NCBI GenBank assembly: GCA_043228905.1
Contig: JBHGNT010000015.1
Span: forward strand, 6,696,001 to 6,760,000
Source of the DNA: Azolla caroliniana
Taxonomy: Eukaryota > Plantae > Polypodiophyta
DNA: 64,000 nt
Direction: 5' to 3'
Of this stretch, positions 1 through 11,610 are shown one piece after another (positions within the stretch are counted from its first letter, which is position 1; each line of letters opens with the position of its first letter). The translations under genes were made by a program, and so were the position numbers. The notes beneath the pieces were generated by a model, which ran no database searches, was not told the DNA's origin, and saw only the letters and a program-made list of their open reading frames with translations.

Positions 1-53
1 CTGGAAGCGGATCGGACTAGTAAGACATCCCATGCCGGAGTGAAGGGGGAGTT
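1..53 (+). pseudogene. 3' end of copia pol plus polypurine tract
   Basis: Translates to ...RIGLVRHPMPE-stop, matching the pol end at 61800-61827 (RIRLVRHPMLE); followed by PPT GAAGGGGGAG and a TGTT LTR start. Confidence 0.85.
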
Positions 54-586
54 TGTTAGGAAACAGTTCCCTCCGGATGGAAGTGAGAAAAACAATACTG
101 ATGAGCAAACTTGATCGAGGCCGAAACCGGATGTGGAGTACCCGGCAACGGAAGACCCGGTGAGAACTGGATGTGGAGTACTCGGCAACGGAAGACCCGG
201 CGAGAACCGGATGTGGAGTACCCGGCAACGGAAGACCTGGTGAGAACCGGATGTGGAGTACTCAGCAACGGAAGACCCTGGTGAGAACCGGATGTGGAGT
301 ACCCGGCAACGGAAGACCCGATGAGAACCGGATGTGGAGTACCTGGCAATGGAAGACCCAGTGAGAACCGGATGACGAGTACCCGGCAAGAGACGGATGG
401 CGAAGACCCGGTGAGAAGTGTTCACCGGATGAAGGGACATATTTGTAAATATGTTTTCTGAGAGTCCGTCGGGGCTATATTTGTAAATAGCCGAAAAGTC
501 GTATTAGTATAAATATGACTTAGGGCAAACTTAGTTGTGATGTTGTTGTCATTCTTGTTGGCGCAAGATTAGAGTGCGTAACAATG

Positions 587-629
<43 letters not shown>

Positions 630-902
630 AGAAGAGGTCGTTGCCTCTGTTGTAACTGCCACCTGTGGTGAAGATAGCAAGCTCGAGGTCGTTGCCTCGG
701 TGCTCTACTATTGTACATTCTGATATAGTGATAGTTTGCAGTCTGTGGGCTGCTGTGGTTTTTCCCTAGTTTGGGTTTTCCACATTAACATCCTGTATAC
801 TCTTCTCTTCACTATTTCGTGCGTTCATTATCCGTTTTCTTTGTTTTATCCTAGGCTCGGTTGTGGCCGAGCGTTGTTCATCGGGAGCGTGTGTTCCTGT
901 CA
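54..902 (+). mobile_element. 3' LTR of a copia element (same family as 56955-62654), with a 40-bp tandem array at ~124-390
   Basis: TG...CA ends; shares TCCCTCCGGATGG start, TATAAATATGACTTAGGGC TATA block, (GA)n and GGTTGTGGCCGAGC end with LTRs at 56955 and 61839. Confidence 0.9.
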
Positions 903-3588
903 AACATCGCCAGGAAACTCACTATAGATACAATCACCAACTCATCAATTCAGAAGAAGCTTGACCTGTCATCGCTCGGAGAAAGACATTTTGAGATTCC
1001 TCCTACGGAAACCTTGCAAAGATATTTCAGGGCATATTCAACATCCGCCAAGGCATACAAGACGAAGGAAATCTCCGATCCCTTCTTCCGCGAAATAGCC
1101 AAGTCCTTGTTGGAAGTTGGATGCGTGCATGTAAATGCCTATGGGATGCCAAAACAGAAGGCAGGCATCATCATTGATACATTCGAAAGGTGCACGGTCG
1201 ATTGGGGGGTTATTACGGGACCATCGTTACGGGAAGGCCTGTACGCGTATCAAGGCGGCAAAAAGCTAAGGCCAATAATACAACAGTATCTGACGATACT
1301 ATTCCCACCCCGGGGTCTGCCCGTACCACAACCCAACAAGCCCACGCCGCCACCTTGTTCCGCGAAACGGAGGTTAGCGGAATTGGCCAGCACAGAATGG
1401 GAGGATGAAACCCAATCGGCCTAGCCCAGCATGCGGACAACACATGAAGAACGACCGGAGCGCAGGGAAGAAGCCCCGCAGGAGCAGGAAGCCGAGCAAT
1501 GTCAAGAAAGCCCGCGGCCGAAACAACGGAGGCTGGACAGGAAGGATGGGCGCGGATTAGTTAAAGACACACTCGCGGCCACACAGACGAGCGTCGTAGC
1601 TACGGAGACCAACACCACTTTCGAAATAATCCGGGAACCACGGCCGATCATTACGGCCCAATCTCAGTGGGGGAAAGGCTTATTTACGGCAGAAAGTGAG
1701 GTCCTAAAGTATCCGGACATTCCAGACACAACCCACGAGTTCGGCACACTATTACAGTTCGGCACTACTTACGAACTCATGGAATTTTTGGCAACGCAAC
1801 AAATAAAAGTCTCACAACGAATGGTCGAGGAGCACGCGGAGCAACAAATGATTGAGCGCGCGCTAACACAAACGACGGAAAGCGATGATGAGGGGCCGCT
1901 AGCTAGACTAGGCAGACAACGGAATGTCGGGATACACCGAATGGGAATTGAACTACCCCCATTAAACACGGCCCTCATCGAGGTTCATAGGGAACTGGCA
2001 AAGGTCAGTCTTGGCGCCAGGGATATGGCGATTAAAAATAAAAATGTCTGGAAAACGGTTAAATAGTGCCAAGTCGAGCTATAGAAGGCCAATGAACGCA
2101 TCGTGGAGTTGGAATGTAACGCGATTACGGTGCAACAGGCATCTCGACCAACAAACAACGCCGCCGAGGCCCAGTCCCTGAGAGAAGAGGTTGAAGCACA
2201 GACCGCCATTGCCTCGAAAGCAAAGAGGGTTGTGCAACTGGCGGAATCAGAGATTGACTGCCTCCGCTTCGAACTTCGCCAATCCTTTGACAGAGAAAAG
2301 GACATCCGGGCCAACGGCTGAAAGGCAGTGAAGACCTTGTAAGAGAAACTCGTAGCGGAGGCAGCACAACATATGCGCACGAAAGAAGAAAACTCCAAAC
2401 TACGGGAGGAAGCACAAAAATTGAAAGTGGCGATCACGGGACTCCGGGCGTTATTGGAAAAGAAGAAAGCATGGTTTGATGAGCAACTTTTACGGGAACA
2501 AGAGAGGAGGCATCAGCTCGAAATCCACCTGAACAATGAAATGGGAAAGCTGGAGGAATTACATTCAAAGGAATCTCAACTATGGGCAGGTATGAGGAGC
2601 AATTATGAGGAAGCGGCGACGGTCAGTTAACAGGAAATCGAAAACCTCAAGAAAACCGTGGAAGAAGCACACAACCGCTACCAAGCAATAACTGACAACG
2701 TGCGCATACTTCTTCAAACAAATCGGGAGAGGTTTATGGCGCAATTACAAGCGGCGCTAGACAAAGGCTGGATGGCGTGGGCTACACAAGCGGCGGAGTT
2801 GCATGCTAGTGGAAGAAGCACACAACCGCTGCCAAGCAATAACTGACAACGTGCACATACTTCTTCAAACAAATCGGGAGAGGTTTATGGCGCAATTACA
2901 AGCGGCGCTAGACAAAGGCTGGATGGCGTGGGCTACACAAGCGGCGGAGTTGCATACTCACCGGGCGGACTGGGAGAACCGCAAAAAAGACGGCCGAGGT
3001 TTCTACAAACTCAATGAGGAAAGCATTGTGGCACTATGTGAGGACCTAGCACAGGATTATTGCATGCTAGCGGACCAACACTTCGAGGAACTCGCGCAAC
3101 TACTAGAAGATTTTGGCAAAAGTCAGGAGGACATGTTTCACCAAATCATGCAAGTTGGAAGTATTCGACCAAATGAGGAATCCATCGCCAAACAAGGGGA
3201 ACCTCAGCCCACGTCACCGGAAATAACCACTACGGTAGGCATCACGAAACAACAAGCGGAGCCCGCCACGATAGCGAAAAGTGAGACCGCCGAACAGGAC
3301 GAAGCTCAGCCCCACTCACCGGAGCGTACGACTACGACCGACAACACGGAGGAAGTTACGGACAGGACAGAGCCTCAACTTCCCGAGAGCCCATGGGCGG
3401 ACGAGCCAGCCACCGTAGAACGGGAGGAGCTAACAGAGCCCGGACCGCTCACACAGGGAGACCTTAACACCATGGAAAGCCCCACCGAGCACGTACCGCA
3501 CAACAACGCGCAGACAGACACTACGCCGTCCCCAGACAAGGATATTGGGGTGGAACCAAACATCCGGGCCATTTTGGAGGAAGATTAA
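903..3588 (+). pseudogene. Degenerate long ORF (over 800 codons) of unknown function with a probable coiled-coil centre and acidic/Pro-Thr-rich tail; probably a retroelement accessory gene
   Basis: ORFs 861-1424, 1431-2066, 2103-2321, 2373-2630 and 2658-2846 share one frame broken by isolated stops; the frame then shifts at a 151-bp tandem duplication and continues 2803-3588; 5' end interrupted by the LTR ending at 902. Confidence 0.6.
2658..2955 (+). repeat. 151-bp-period tandem duplication
   Basis: GTGGAAGAAGCACACAACCGC...GGAGTTGCAT at 2658 and again at 2809, separated by a GCTA filler. Confidence 0.9.
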
Positions 3589-3654
3589 AGGAGTGGGTTC
3601 GACATGCCATGGCACTGTCCCACAGGCGTGCCACTGTGTACCTAATCGGTAACA

Positions 3655-4220
3655 ATTAGGAAGTCAGTCCCTCCGGATGGGATCCGATTATGAATGAAGA
3701 GGACCCGGTGAGAACCGGAAGAGATCAGGAAACCGGATCGGATGGACCCGATGAGAGCCGGAAGAGAAGACATATTTGTAAATATGTTTTGAATAAGCCT
3801 TTTGAGGCTATATTGGTACATAGCCCTAAGTTCATATAAGTATAAATATGACTTAGGGAAATCACTTTGAAATATGTTGTTGTCAAATTGTTGTTTGTGC
3901 ATAACTATTGTATATAGAGAGAGAGACAAAGATAGAGCGATACTTTGTTGTAACCGCCGGCTAGCGAAGATACAGAGCTCGAGGTCGTTGCCTCCGAGTC
4001 TCTGTTTATACATTTCTTATATAGTGATAGTTTGGAGTCTGTGGGCTCCCGTGGTTTTTTCCCCTATTAGGGTTTTCCACGTAAACATCTTGTGTATCCT
4101 CTATCGTTGTTTGTGTGTGTACGTGCGTTCACTCCCTACTTCCCATTCTTGTGTTTGATTCTCATCGAAGTGATTCAAGACTTGGTTGTGGCCGAGCAAT
4201 ATTCCATGCAATTCTCTTCA
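3655..4220 (+). mobile_element. Copia-family LTR (solo or truncated)
   Basis: TTAGGAAGTCAGTCCCTCCGGATGG start, CCGG repeats, TATA block and GGTTGTGGCCGAGC end shared with 54-902 and 44457-45002. Confidence 0.8.
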
Positions 4221-4350
4221 AGAAGATATGCATACTTTAGCAGCAAATATGACGTGGGACCTGGTTGGTGCCCCCAAGGGTGTAAATCCAATCGGGTGGA
4301 GATGGGTATACAAGGTCAAGTACAACACGAATGGCTGAGTCAACCGATAC
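4221..4350 (+). pseudogene. Copia reverse transcriptase fragment (continues at 6824-6840)
   Basis: EDMHTLAANMTWDLVGAPKGVNPIGWRWVYKVKYNTNG*VNRY, continuing KAKLVA after the 4351-6818 insertion. Confidence 0.85.
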
Positions 4351-4949
4351 TGTCACAGACACACCAACGCTAGACCACGACAAAATATAGATGACAAGGC
4401 TACGACCGATAAGGTTACGAACGTAGAACTCGACAGATGAGGCTAGAAACTCAGGAAGTTGGGAGCGATGAGATGAGGAACTTAAGACACTAGGAACCAA
4501 TACAAGAGCATAAAGACAAAGATGTAAATCAACGAGTGAAGATGTAAATCAATGAGTAAAGATGTGTCAATGACTGGTGTTGAATCCCTTGAAAGGGACC
4601 AAGGAGGTTACAAGTATTTATACTGTGAGTCGAAGTACATGCATTAGAATATTTTGGAGAATATTCGGGAGAATAATCTAGAACCCTCTAGAACCTTCTA
4701 ATTCTAGAACTTTCTTAAAACTCCTAGAACTTGAAATAGATAATCTACTAATAATCTACTAAGATAACATGACCATATATTTGGATGTGTTGGTTAGAAC
4801 AAAACACTTGAGTATATATGTCAAGAGGTCAAGAGTTCAAATATTTTCATGACTGTTATCATGTTTGTGACATTATCCTCCCTTTTACGACCGCCTTTTC
4901 GAAAGCGTGGTGTACGGGCAAGCTAAAAGAGAAAACCAAAGTGCGTTGA

Positions 4950-5612
4950 GGAGTGAGTGACCATGAGTAGTCCTCACCAGAAATAGGAGCACGGGTGAAC
5001 GCGAGTGACCATGTGTGGTCCTCACCGGAGACTGGAACACCAACGTGAGTGTGAGCGACAATGTACGGTCCTCACCGGGAACTAGAACACCAACGGGCAT
5101 GAGCAACCATGTACGGTCCTCATTGGAGACAGGAACACCAATGTGAGTGACCATGTGTGGTCCTCACTGGAGATAGGAACATCAACGGATGTGAGCGACC
5201 ATGTGCGGTCCTCACCGGGAATTGGAACACCAATGGATGTTAGTGACCATGTGCGGTCCTCACCGGGAGCTGGAACACCAACAGGTGTGAGTGACCATGT
5301 ACAGTCCTCAATAGAGACACGAACACCAAGGGTGTGAGAGACCATATACGGTCTTCACCGGAGAGAGGAACATCAATGGAAATGAGCGACCATGTGTGGT
5401 CTTCAATGGAGACACGAACAACAACGGACGTGAGCGACCATGTGCGGTCCTCACCGAGAACTAGAACACCAACGAGCGTGAGAGACCATGTACGGTCCTC
5501 ACCGGAGACGCGAACACCAAAGGGCATGAGTGATCTTGTGCGGTCCTCACCGGAGACACGAACACCAATGGATGTGAACGACCCTACACGGTCCTCACTG
5601 GGAACTGGAACA
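4950..5612. repeat. 48-bp minisatellite, ~14 copies
   Basis: Unit resembles GTGAGCGACCATGTGCGGTCCTCACCGGGAACTGGAACACCAACGGAT; translates as 16-aa repeats. Confidence 0.9.
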
Positions 5613-5639
5613 CTTGACGACAATGACAACTAGGCAAAG

Positions 5640-6280
5640 TATTGTTGATGATGACGACAAGAGGGTTGAAGATGATGATGTCGAAGATGAAGCAATAAAG
5701 GCAATGACGTTGACGAAGCGACTTTGGAAGCAACGACTTTGACTATGGCAATGATGGAAGTGGAGAAAGAGATGAAGAGGATAAGAAACATAGAGATTGA
5801 GATGTTGAGATTTTGAAGAAACACAAAGACACATATACAGAGGATGATAGATAACACAAAGACAGGGATGACGGTGATAGGAAACGCAAAGAAAGTGATG
5901 AAGATAATAAGAAACACATAGATAGAGATGAAAATGGTAGGAAACACAAGGAGAAGGATGACAATGACAAAAAAATGCAAAGATAGGGATGTGGAAGATA
6001 ATAAGAAGTGTAGAGATACAGATGATGATGAGAAGAAACTACGAGATAGGGATGTGGAAGATGATAAGAAGTGTAGAGATAGAGATGATGATGAGAAGAA
6101 ACTAGGAGATAGATATGATAAGAAACTAGGAGAGAAAAGACAAAGATGATGATGAAAAGAAATTAAGAGATAGAGATGGGGAGGAAGATAGAAAATGAAG
6201 GGATGTTGATGATGGTAACTCTAGAACCAATGACGGTGACGATGGTAACTCTAGAAGCAAGGGCGATGACAAAGACGGGT
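5640..6280. repeat. Purine-rich low-complexity repeat (GATGATGAGAAGAAACT/AGAGATAG units)
   Basis: Strong A/G skew with internal ~54-bp duplications near 5980-6140. Confidence 0.7.
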
Positions 6281-6840
6281 AATGCTTCTAGTTGGAAGGG
6301 ATTGAAACATTCACGGACACACTAGCGCTAGACTATGACAAAGCACAGATGACAAGACTACGACCGATAAGGTTACGAACGTGGAACTCCCGATGTGATG
6401 AGGCCAGAAACTCGGGAAGTTGGGAGCGATGAGATGCGAAACTTAAGACGCTAGGAACCAATACAAGAGCATGAAGACAAAGATGTAAATCAAGGAGAGA
6501 AGATGTGGTTAAACAAGAATACTAGTTTGATGTGTCAATGGCTGGCGTTGAATCCCTTGAAAGGGACCAAGGAGGTTACAAGTATTTATACTGTGAGTCG
6601 AAGTACATGCATTAGAATATTTTGGAGAATATTCTAGAACCCTCTAGAACTTTCTAAAAATTCCTAGAACTTGAAATAGATAATCTACTAATAATCTACT
6701 AAGATATATATAACATGACCACATATTTGGATGTGTTGGTTAGAACATAACACTTGAGTATATATGTCAAGAGCTCAAGAGTTCAAATCTTGACATGATT
6801 GTTGTCATGTCTATGACAGATACAAGGCCAAATTGGTGGC

Positions 6841-9442
6841 TGAAAAAGTTAGGTGTAGACACAACTAGTTCAGCCGGACAACAACTCCCCCTCAAGCTCA
6901 ACTTGAGGTTCTCCTTGAGTCAATGTCTGACTCTTCCTAGCGTCTCCACGCCTTGCTTGCGCTCCTCCTTTGGTTCTTCGCTTTTAGAACCCTCCGGTTC
7001 CATGTATCTCGACCATTCCGGTCGGCTTGTTTGCTCGTAAGGCCCTTGTCAACTCCCTTGTTGTCGCGGTACTGACGCCCCTTGACCTGTCGGTTCCTCT
7101 GTCTCGGTGTCAGGTTCAACTGCCTTCTCATCCACTTGGCCTTCATGTGATTCGGTTTGTCCAAATCAAACTCCTCAAGTGAATTGGCTATCTCCGATTC
7201 ATTCTGGCTCTTGTCCAAATCGGCTGTCTCCGATTCGTCCTCCTTCATGCCCTTAATCACATCTTCCCCGGTCTTGGTCCTGGTCTTTCCTTGGTCAGCT
7301 CTGTCCTTCTTGACTATTCCGCTTCTCCTGGCTCTTCCTCCCCTTGGTCTGATTGGCTCTGTCTTGCGGCCGCTCCCCCTACATGTGGCTAGCCTTTGCT
7401 TAGCCGATCTTCTTCCGCTTGCCCATGCGTCCTCGACTTCTCTAGCTGATCCGGATGTTCCGACTTATTCAGTTGTGTCGTAATCAAATTCTTCATCCGA
7501 TTCGGCTTTTTGGACATCATTTGTCTCCTCTTCTGCTTCTCTCCCCCTCAAGTTTGGCATGTCGAGATGTTGTACACCAACCATAGTCGAAAAATGTCAC
7601 AACTTGTCTAGGCTAGGAGGTTTGGTGAAGTTATCGGCAACCCGTTGGTCAGTCGGAACATAAACAAGTTCGACTTCACCAAAAAGGACTACTAACTCGC
7701 AGACAAAATGATAGTGCACCTCAATGTGCTTGGTCTGGGTGTGGAAGATGGGCTTCTTCGCAAGTTGTATGCTGCTAAGGTTGTCCTAATACATCGTTGT
7801 TGGATCAGACACCTCCACTTGTAGATCCTACAATAGCCTTTTCAGCCATATGGCTTCACACATTATGATAGCCGCGCCTTGATACTCAGCCTTGGTGCTT
7901 GATAGTGAAATTGTCGGATGCTTCTTGCTGCTCCAGGCAATTGTGATGCTACCAAGTGAAAACGTGAAGCCTGATGTAGACTTGCGATCGTCGACATTTG
8001 TGGCCCAATCGGCATCTGTGTAACCGACCAACTGTTCGCTAGTACCGGTCTGATACAACAATCCCGTGTCCTTAGTGCCGTTGACATCATTGCGTGCATT
8101 GAAGGTGCCCCACGGTTTGATGTGCCATGAATTGACTAATCAAGCTAATAATGTAACCGAGGTCCGGCCGAGTGATGGTCAAGTATATAAGACTTCCAAT
8201 GACTTGTCGGAACCTTTCTGGGTCGCATGCAAGACCCAGACGATCGTCATCTTCACGACCGGTGCAAACGTGTCATTGTAGTGGATGCCATGTTGCCGTG
8301 TTGCTCCTTGTAGAGTCGGATCCGTTTCGGTATGACTCATCTTGGTCAGTGTTGTATTCTGTCATATTCTTCTCTTTCTCTTTTCGTGTGAACCGCCTCC
8401 TCGGTTCCTTTTGCAGGGACATCACGACTGAGTGTCCACTACTCACCAGCTCCTCATCGGACTGGTCATGCCATCTTAGTCTCTCATTCGGTCCACTAGC
8501 CGGAAGGAGATGAGACTCTCTTCTAGAGTTCTGATTTCTTCTTTGTCTGGAGGCATTTCGGCCTCACTAACCTTATCCTCAGACCTTGGAATGGAGTTGT
8601 CGGGGTTCGGAAATGAAGGTAAGTACCATGAAGCAGACTCGTTGAACACGACATCGTGGCTTTCTCGGGCTTGTTTGGTTTGGGGGTTATAACATTTATA
8701 ACCCTTCTGTTTGTCCATGTAGCTGACCAAGATACACTTCTCGGCCTTTGGTCTAGCTTCCTCCATTTGACCTTTGGGACATGCAATAGGCAATGTTGCC
8801 GAACACCCTCAAGTGTCCTAGATTTGGTTTCTTCCCGGAGTACAGCTCATGTGGTGACACTCCTCCATTTGCAGATATTCGATTCTGCTGGTAGATGACT
8901 GTCCGGACCGCTTCAATCGAGTAAAACTTCGATAGATGCTTCTCCTCAAGCATTGCCCGTACCGCCTCCTCTATAGATTGATTCTTCTGCTTTGGCACAT
9001 TGTTCTGCTCCGGTGTGTATCTGCAAGAGAATTCTCATTGAATTCCTTCCTTCTGTAGATTACATGAGAACTGGTCGGAAAAATACTCCTTTCTACCATC
9101 GGACCTTAGGCACTTGATCTTTTTGCCGGTTTCTTGTTCCGCAAGGATCTTCTCCTTTAGGAAACATGCGAAGACTTCTCTCTTCTTCGCGATCAAGAAC
9201 GCCCAAGTGTGCCGAGTGTAGTCATCGATGAAGGTTACAAAGTAACGGCTTCCTCCGATGCTCATGTTCTATGCCGGTCCCCATACATCTGAATGGATTA
9301 AATCGATCCGGTTCCAGCTCCGATTTCGCTTGTTCTTGTTTGGGAATGGAAGTTGGTGCTGCTTCCCTAGTTGGCAGGCTTCATAGACTTGGCCATTTCG
9401 ACCACTGAATTTTGGCAACCGGAAAACAATATTCTTCGTCTA
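6841..9442 (-). mobile_element. Degenerate copia, 3' half: integrase, partial RT, RNase H, C-terminal extension, PPT, ~40-bp LTR stub
   Basis: SRYFVTFIDDYTRHTW, CLRSDGRKEY, GYTDADWA...RKSTSG...WSSKK; PPT CTTGAGGGGGAG at 6885-6896; continues at 51586. Confidence 0.9.
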
Positions 9443-9480
9443 AAACCGGGACATTTGAAATAGGTAATATGTCGCATTTT
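9443..9480 (+). repeat. Left terminal inverted repeat
   Basis: AAACCGGGACATTTGAAATAGGTAATATGTCGCATTTT, reverse complement of 51542-51581 apart from 4 substitutions and a 2-bp indel. Confidence 0.85.
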
Positions 9481-10345
9481 TTTATTGATAAATACGTGAG
9501 ATGTCAAGAATTACCATTTCTAAACAAACTTTCAAGAATCTATCACGCATGCACACACGATTGTTAAAAACATCACTCAAAAAGGCAGTTAATATTTTTA
9601 AGATTAAAAATTTAACTGATATTTTCTCAACTCATACACAAATTTATTCTAATCTTAGATAAGATAATGGGAATGCATCCAACTATAATTGTAATATGCT
9701 TCATTGTACATAATGTTAAATTCGAATCCAATTTAACAAATTTAGAAATGCAATTTTGTTACTATATTTGTCTCTAAATCTTATAAAGATTGTTATGTCA
9801 ATTTTGTAAATAGGATTTTTGGATTAATTAAAAAAACTTTCACAAACGAATATCTCACGATATATCATGCATGCCCAAAAACCACTACGAACATTATATG
9901 TCAATCATACATGAACAACGTGAATGTATTATCATGTGAGCAACGACATTGACTTAATATTATTGTGTTTACTCAAAAGTAAATTACCAAGATTAAAGAC
10001 AATATAAATCATAGAATAAAGACTAAATCCAATTATATTAATTGAGAAACAATTATAACCAACATGTGTCATACAATCGATAAGTTAAAATCATCTATTC
10101 AATGAAAATTATACTTAACCACATACTTTAGAAGTCAACCTTTGTAAACATATCATAGACACATAAAGTTCGAGACACCAATCAGATAGATTAAGGAAAT
10201 TATACTCAAACAAAAAGTTCTTATATTTCAAAACAAAATTTCAGTTACAAATACAAAGTATTATACAATTCACTCCATTAGGAGGTCTGGAACAGGATGC
10301 TCTCCAAAGATAAGATGATAGTTGTGTTGTATCCACCTGTTCCGT

Positions 10346-11610
10346 CTACTCAGCTAAATCTTTTCTTTGTTCAGACTCTAGTACATCTTCGAGGTCAACA
10401 AGGTCCCCTCCTTCTTCGTCTATAGGTTCCATCGGTTCTTTGGGGGTCAGGTGAAACATCTCTATTTCATTTATATGTTTTGCCCCAACTTCTTGTTCCT
10501 GGCCGGGACAATCCCAGATACATTGGATCCTCCTTTTAATAAAATTTACTTGGGAGGGGTTCTTCTCCAAGGTGACGCAGTTCCTGAACAATTTGAGAGC
10601 GCACACAATCGTTGTTCCTGAATAAACAATCATAAATCCAGAAGTGAGAAAAGAAAGACGAGAAATTCTATTTTATTTTAAGATAGATTGATCTCACTTA
10701 TGAGAATACCTATTCTAGAGAATAAGTCGAGCACCCAATCATTAGGGTTAGAGAATACCTGGGGCTTTTGATATGGGTTTACTAGACACTTGTCGCTAGA
10801 AATGTGGCACAATTTCTTCGTTACTGTTGGGCACATGATATAATTGACAACTTTCCACTCATTCACATGTGCCCAAGCCTTCTTCTTAGAAATAACATTG
10901 TAGTACCCCAGGCACATATGCTCCACAACGCTCACCATTCAATCGCCCGGGGTACGAGTTATGTTCGTTTTAACCCTATTTGTAATGGAATGGAAACAAG
11001 TCCATACCTATGTAGTAAGTACAATAGAAGCCATATATTAAATATATAACAACTTAAAACTTACCAATGCATGTGTTTGGTGGCATGGCATCTCGACTTC
11101 AGTGCAGTAGTGACCGATAAAGCTTAACCCATACTATGAAATATTACTATTTGCCATAATGGAGCCAGTGTGAACTCTACAAAGTCTTTCACCATCTATT
11201 CTATTTGCGGATATTTATATGGTACACTGTCATATGTGGACCCTGTTATTCGAAACCCATATGGTATATCCTCAATGAGCAATGTATAATGCCTCTTCGG
11301 TAATATGTCAAGCATATTACCCACATCACCATTATATACACTATAATACAATTGTCAGAAAGGATCAACCTCGTGCAAAAAACTTTTTACTGTGTTCGAG
11401 TCTTCCATCATTCGCTTTTCGTACTTGGCTCGTTCCAAATGGGTGATGAATGCATTTGGAATGCCTTCATTATTGTCACCCATGAGCGAGGTGGTTTCTG
11501 CAATTATAAGATTTATAAGAAAATGCTCATATTCTTAATATAAACTATAGAAGATATAAACACACTTAACCATTCTCTACATACAATGAAAATTTCATCA
11601 AGAGCCTAGT
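10346..11610 (-). pseudogene. Intron-containing beta-class DNA amino-methyltransferase (N6_N4_Mtase-like), 3' exons
   Basis: Exon 11497-11065: VYNGDVGNMLDILPKRHYTLLIEDIPYG; GT-AG intron 11064-10976; exon 10975-10710: WVKTN...VEHMCLGY...NPYQKP...FSNPNDWVLDLFSRIG; GT-AG intron 10709-10618; last exon GTTIVCALKLFRNCVTLEKNPSQVNFIKRRI; several in-frame stops. Confidence 0.85.

Larger units (their letters stand above)
4351..6818 (-). mobile_element. Non-autonomous LTR retrotransposon (2.47 kb): LTRs 4351-4872 and ~6309-6818, non-coding interior
   Basis: ~510-520-bp direct repeats; TGTCAC...GTGACA ends on the left copy; GATAC TSD at 4346-4350 and 6819-6823; minus-strand PPT AAAAGGGAGGATAA at 4873-4886; no gag/pol motifs. 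Confidence 0.85.

Noticed and set aside
590-635. (GA)n and other microsatellites
   Set aside because: Ordinary components of these LTR families
4950-5612. CRISPR-like periodic array
   Set aside because: The whole 48-bp unit repeats with no unique spacers, there are no cas genes, and the context is eukaryotic
5595-6149. Hydrophobic membrane-like and charged ORFs
   Set aside because: By-products of purine/pyrimidine-skewed low-complexity DNA
10346-11497. Bacterial contamination as the source of the methylase
   Set aside because: Has GT-AG introns, is interrupted by plant retroelements and shows transition-type decay
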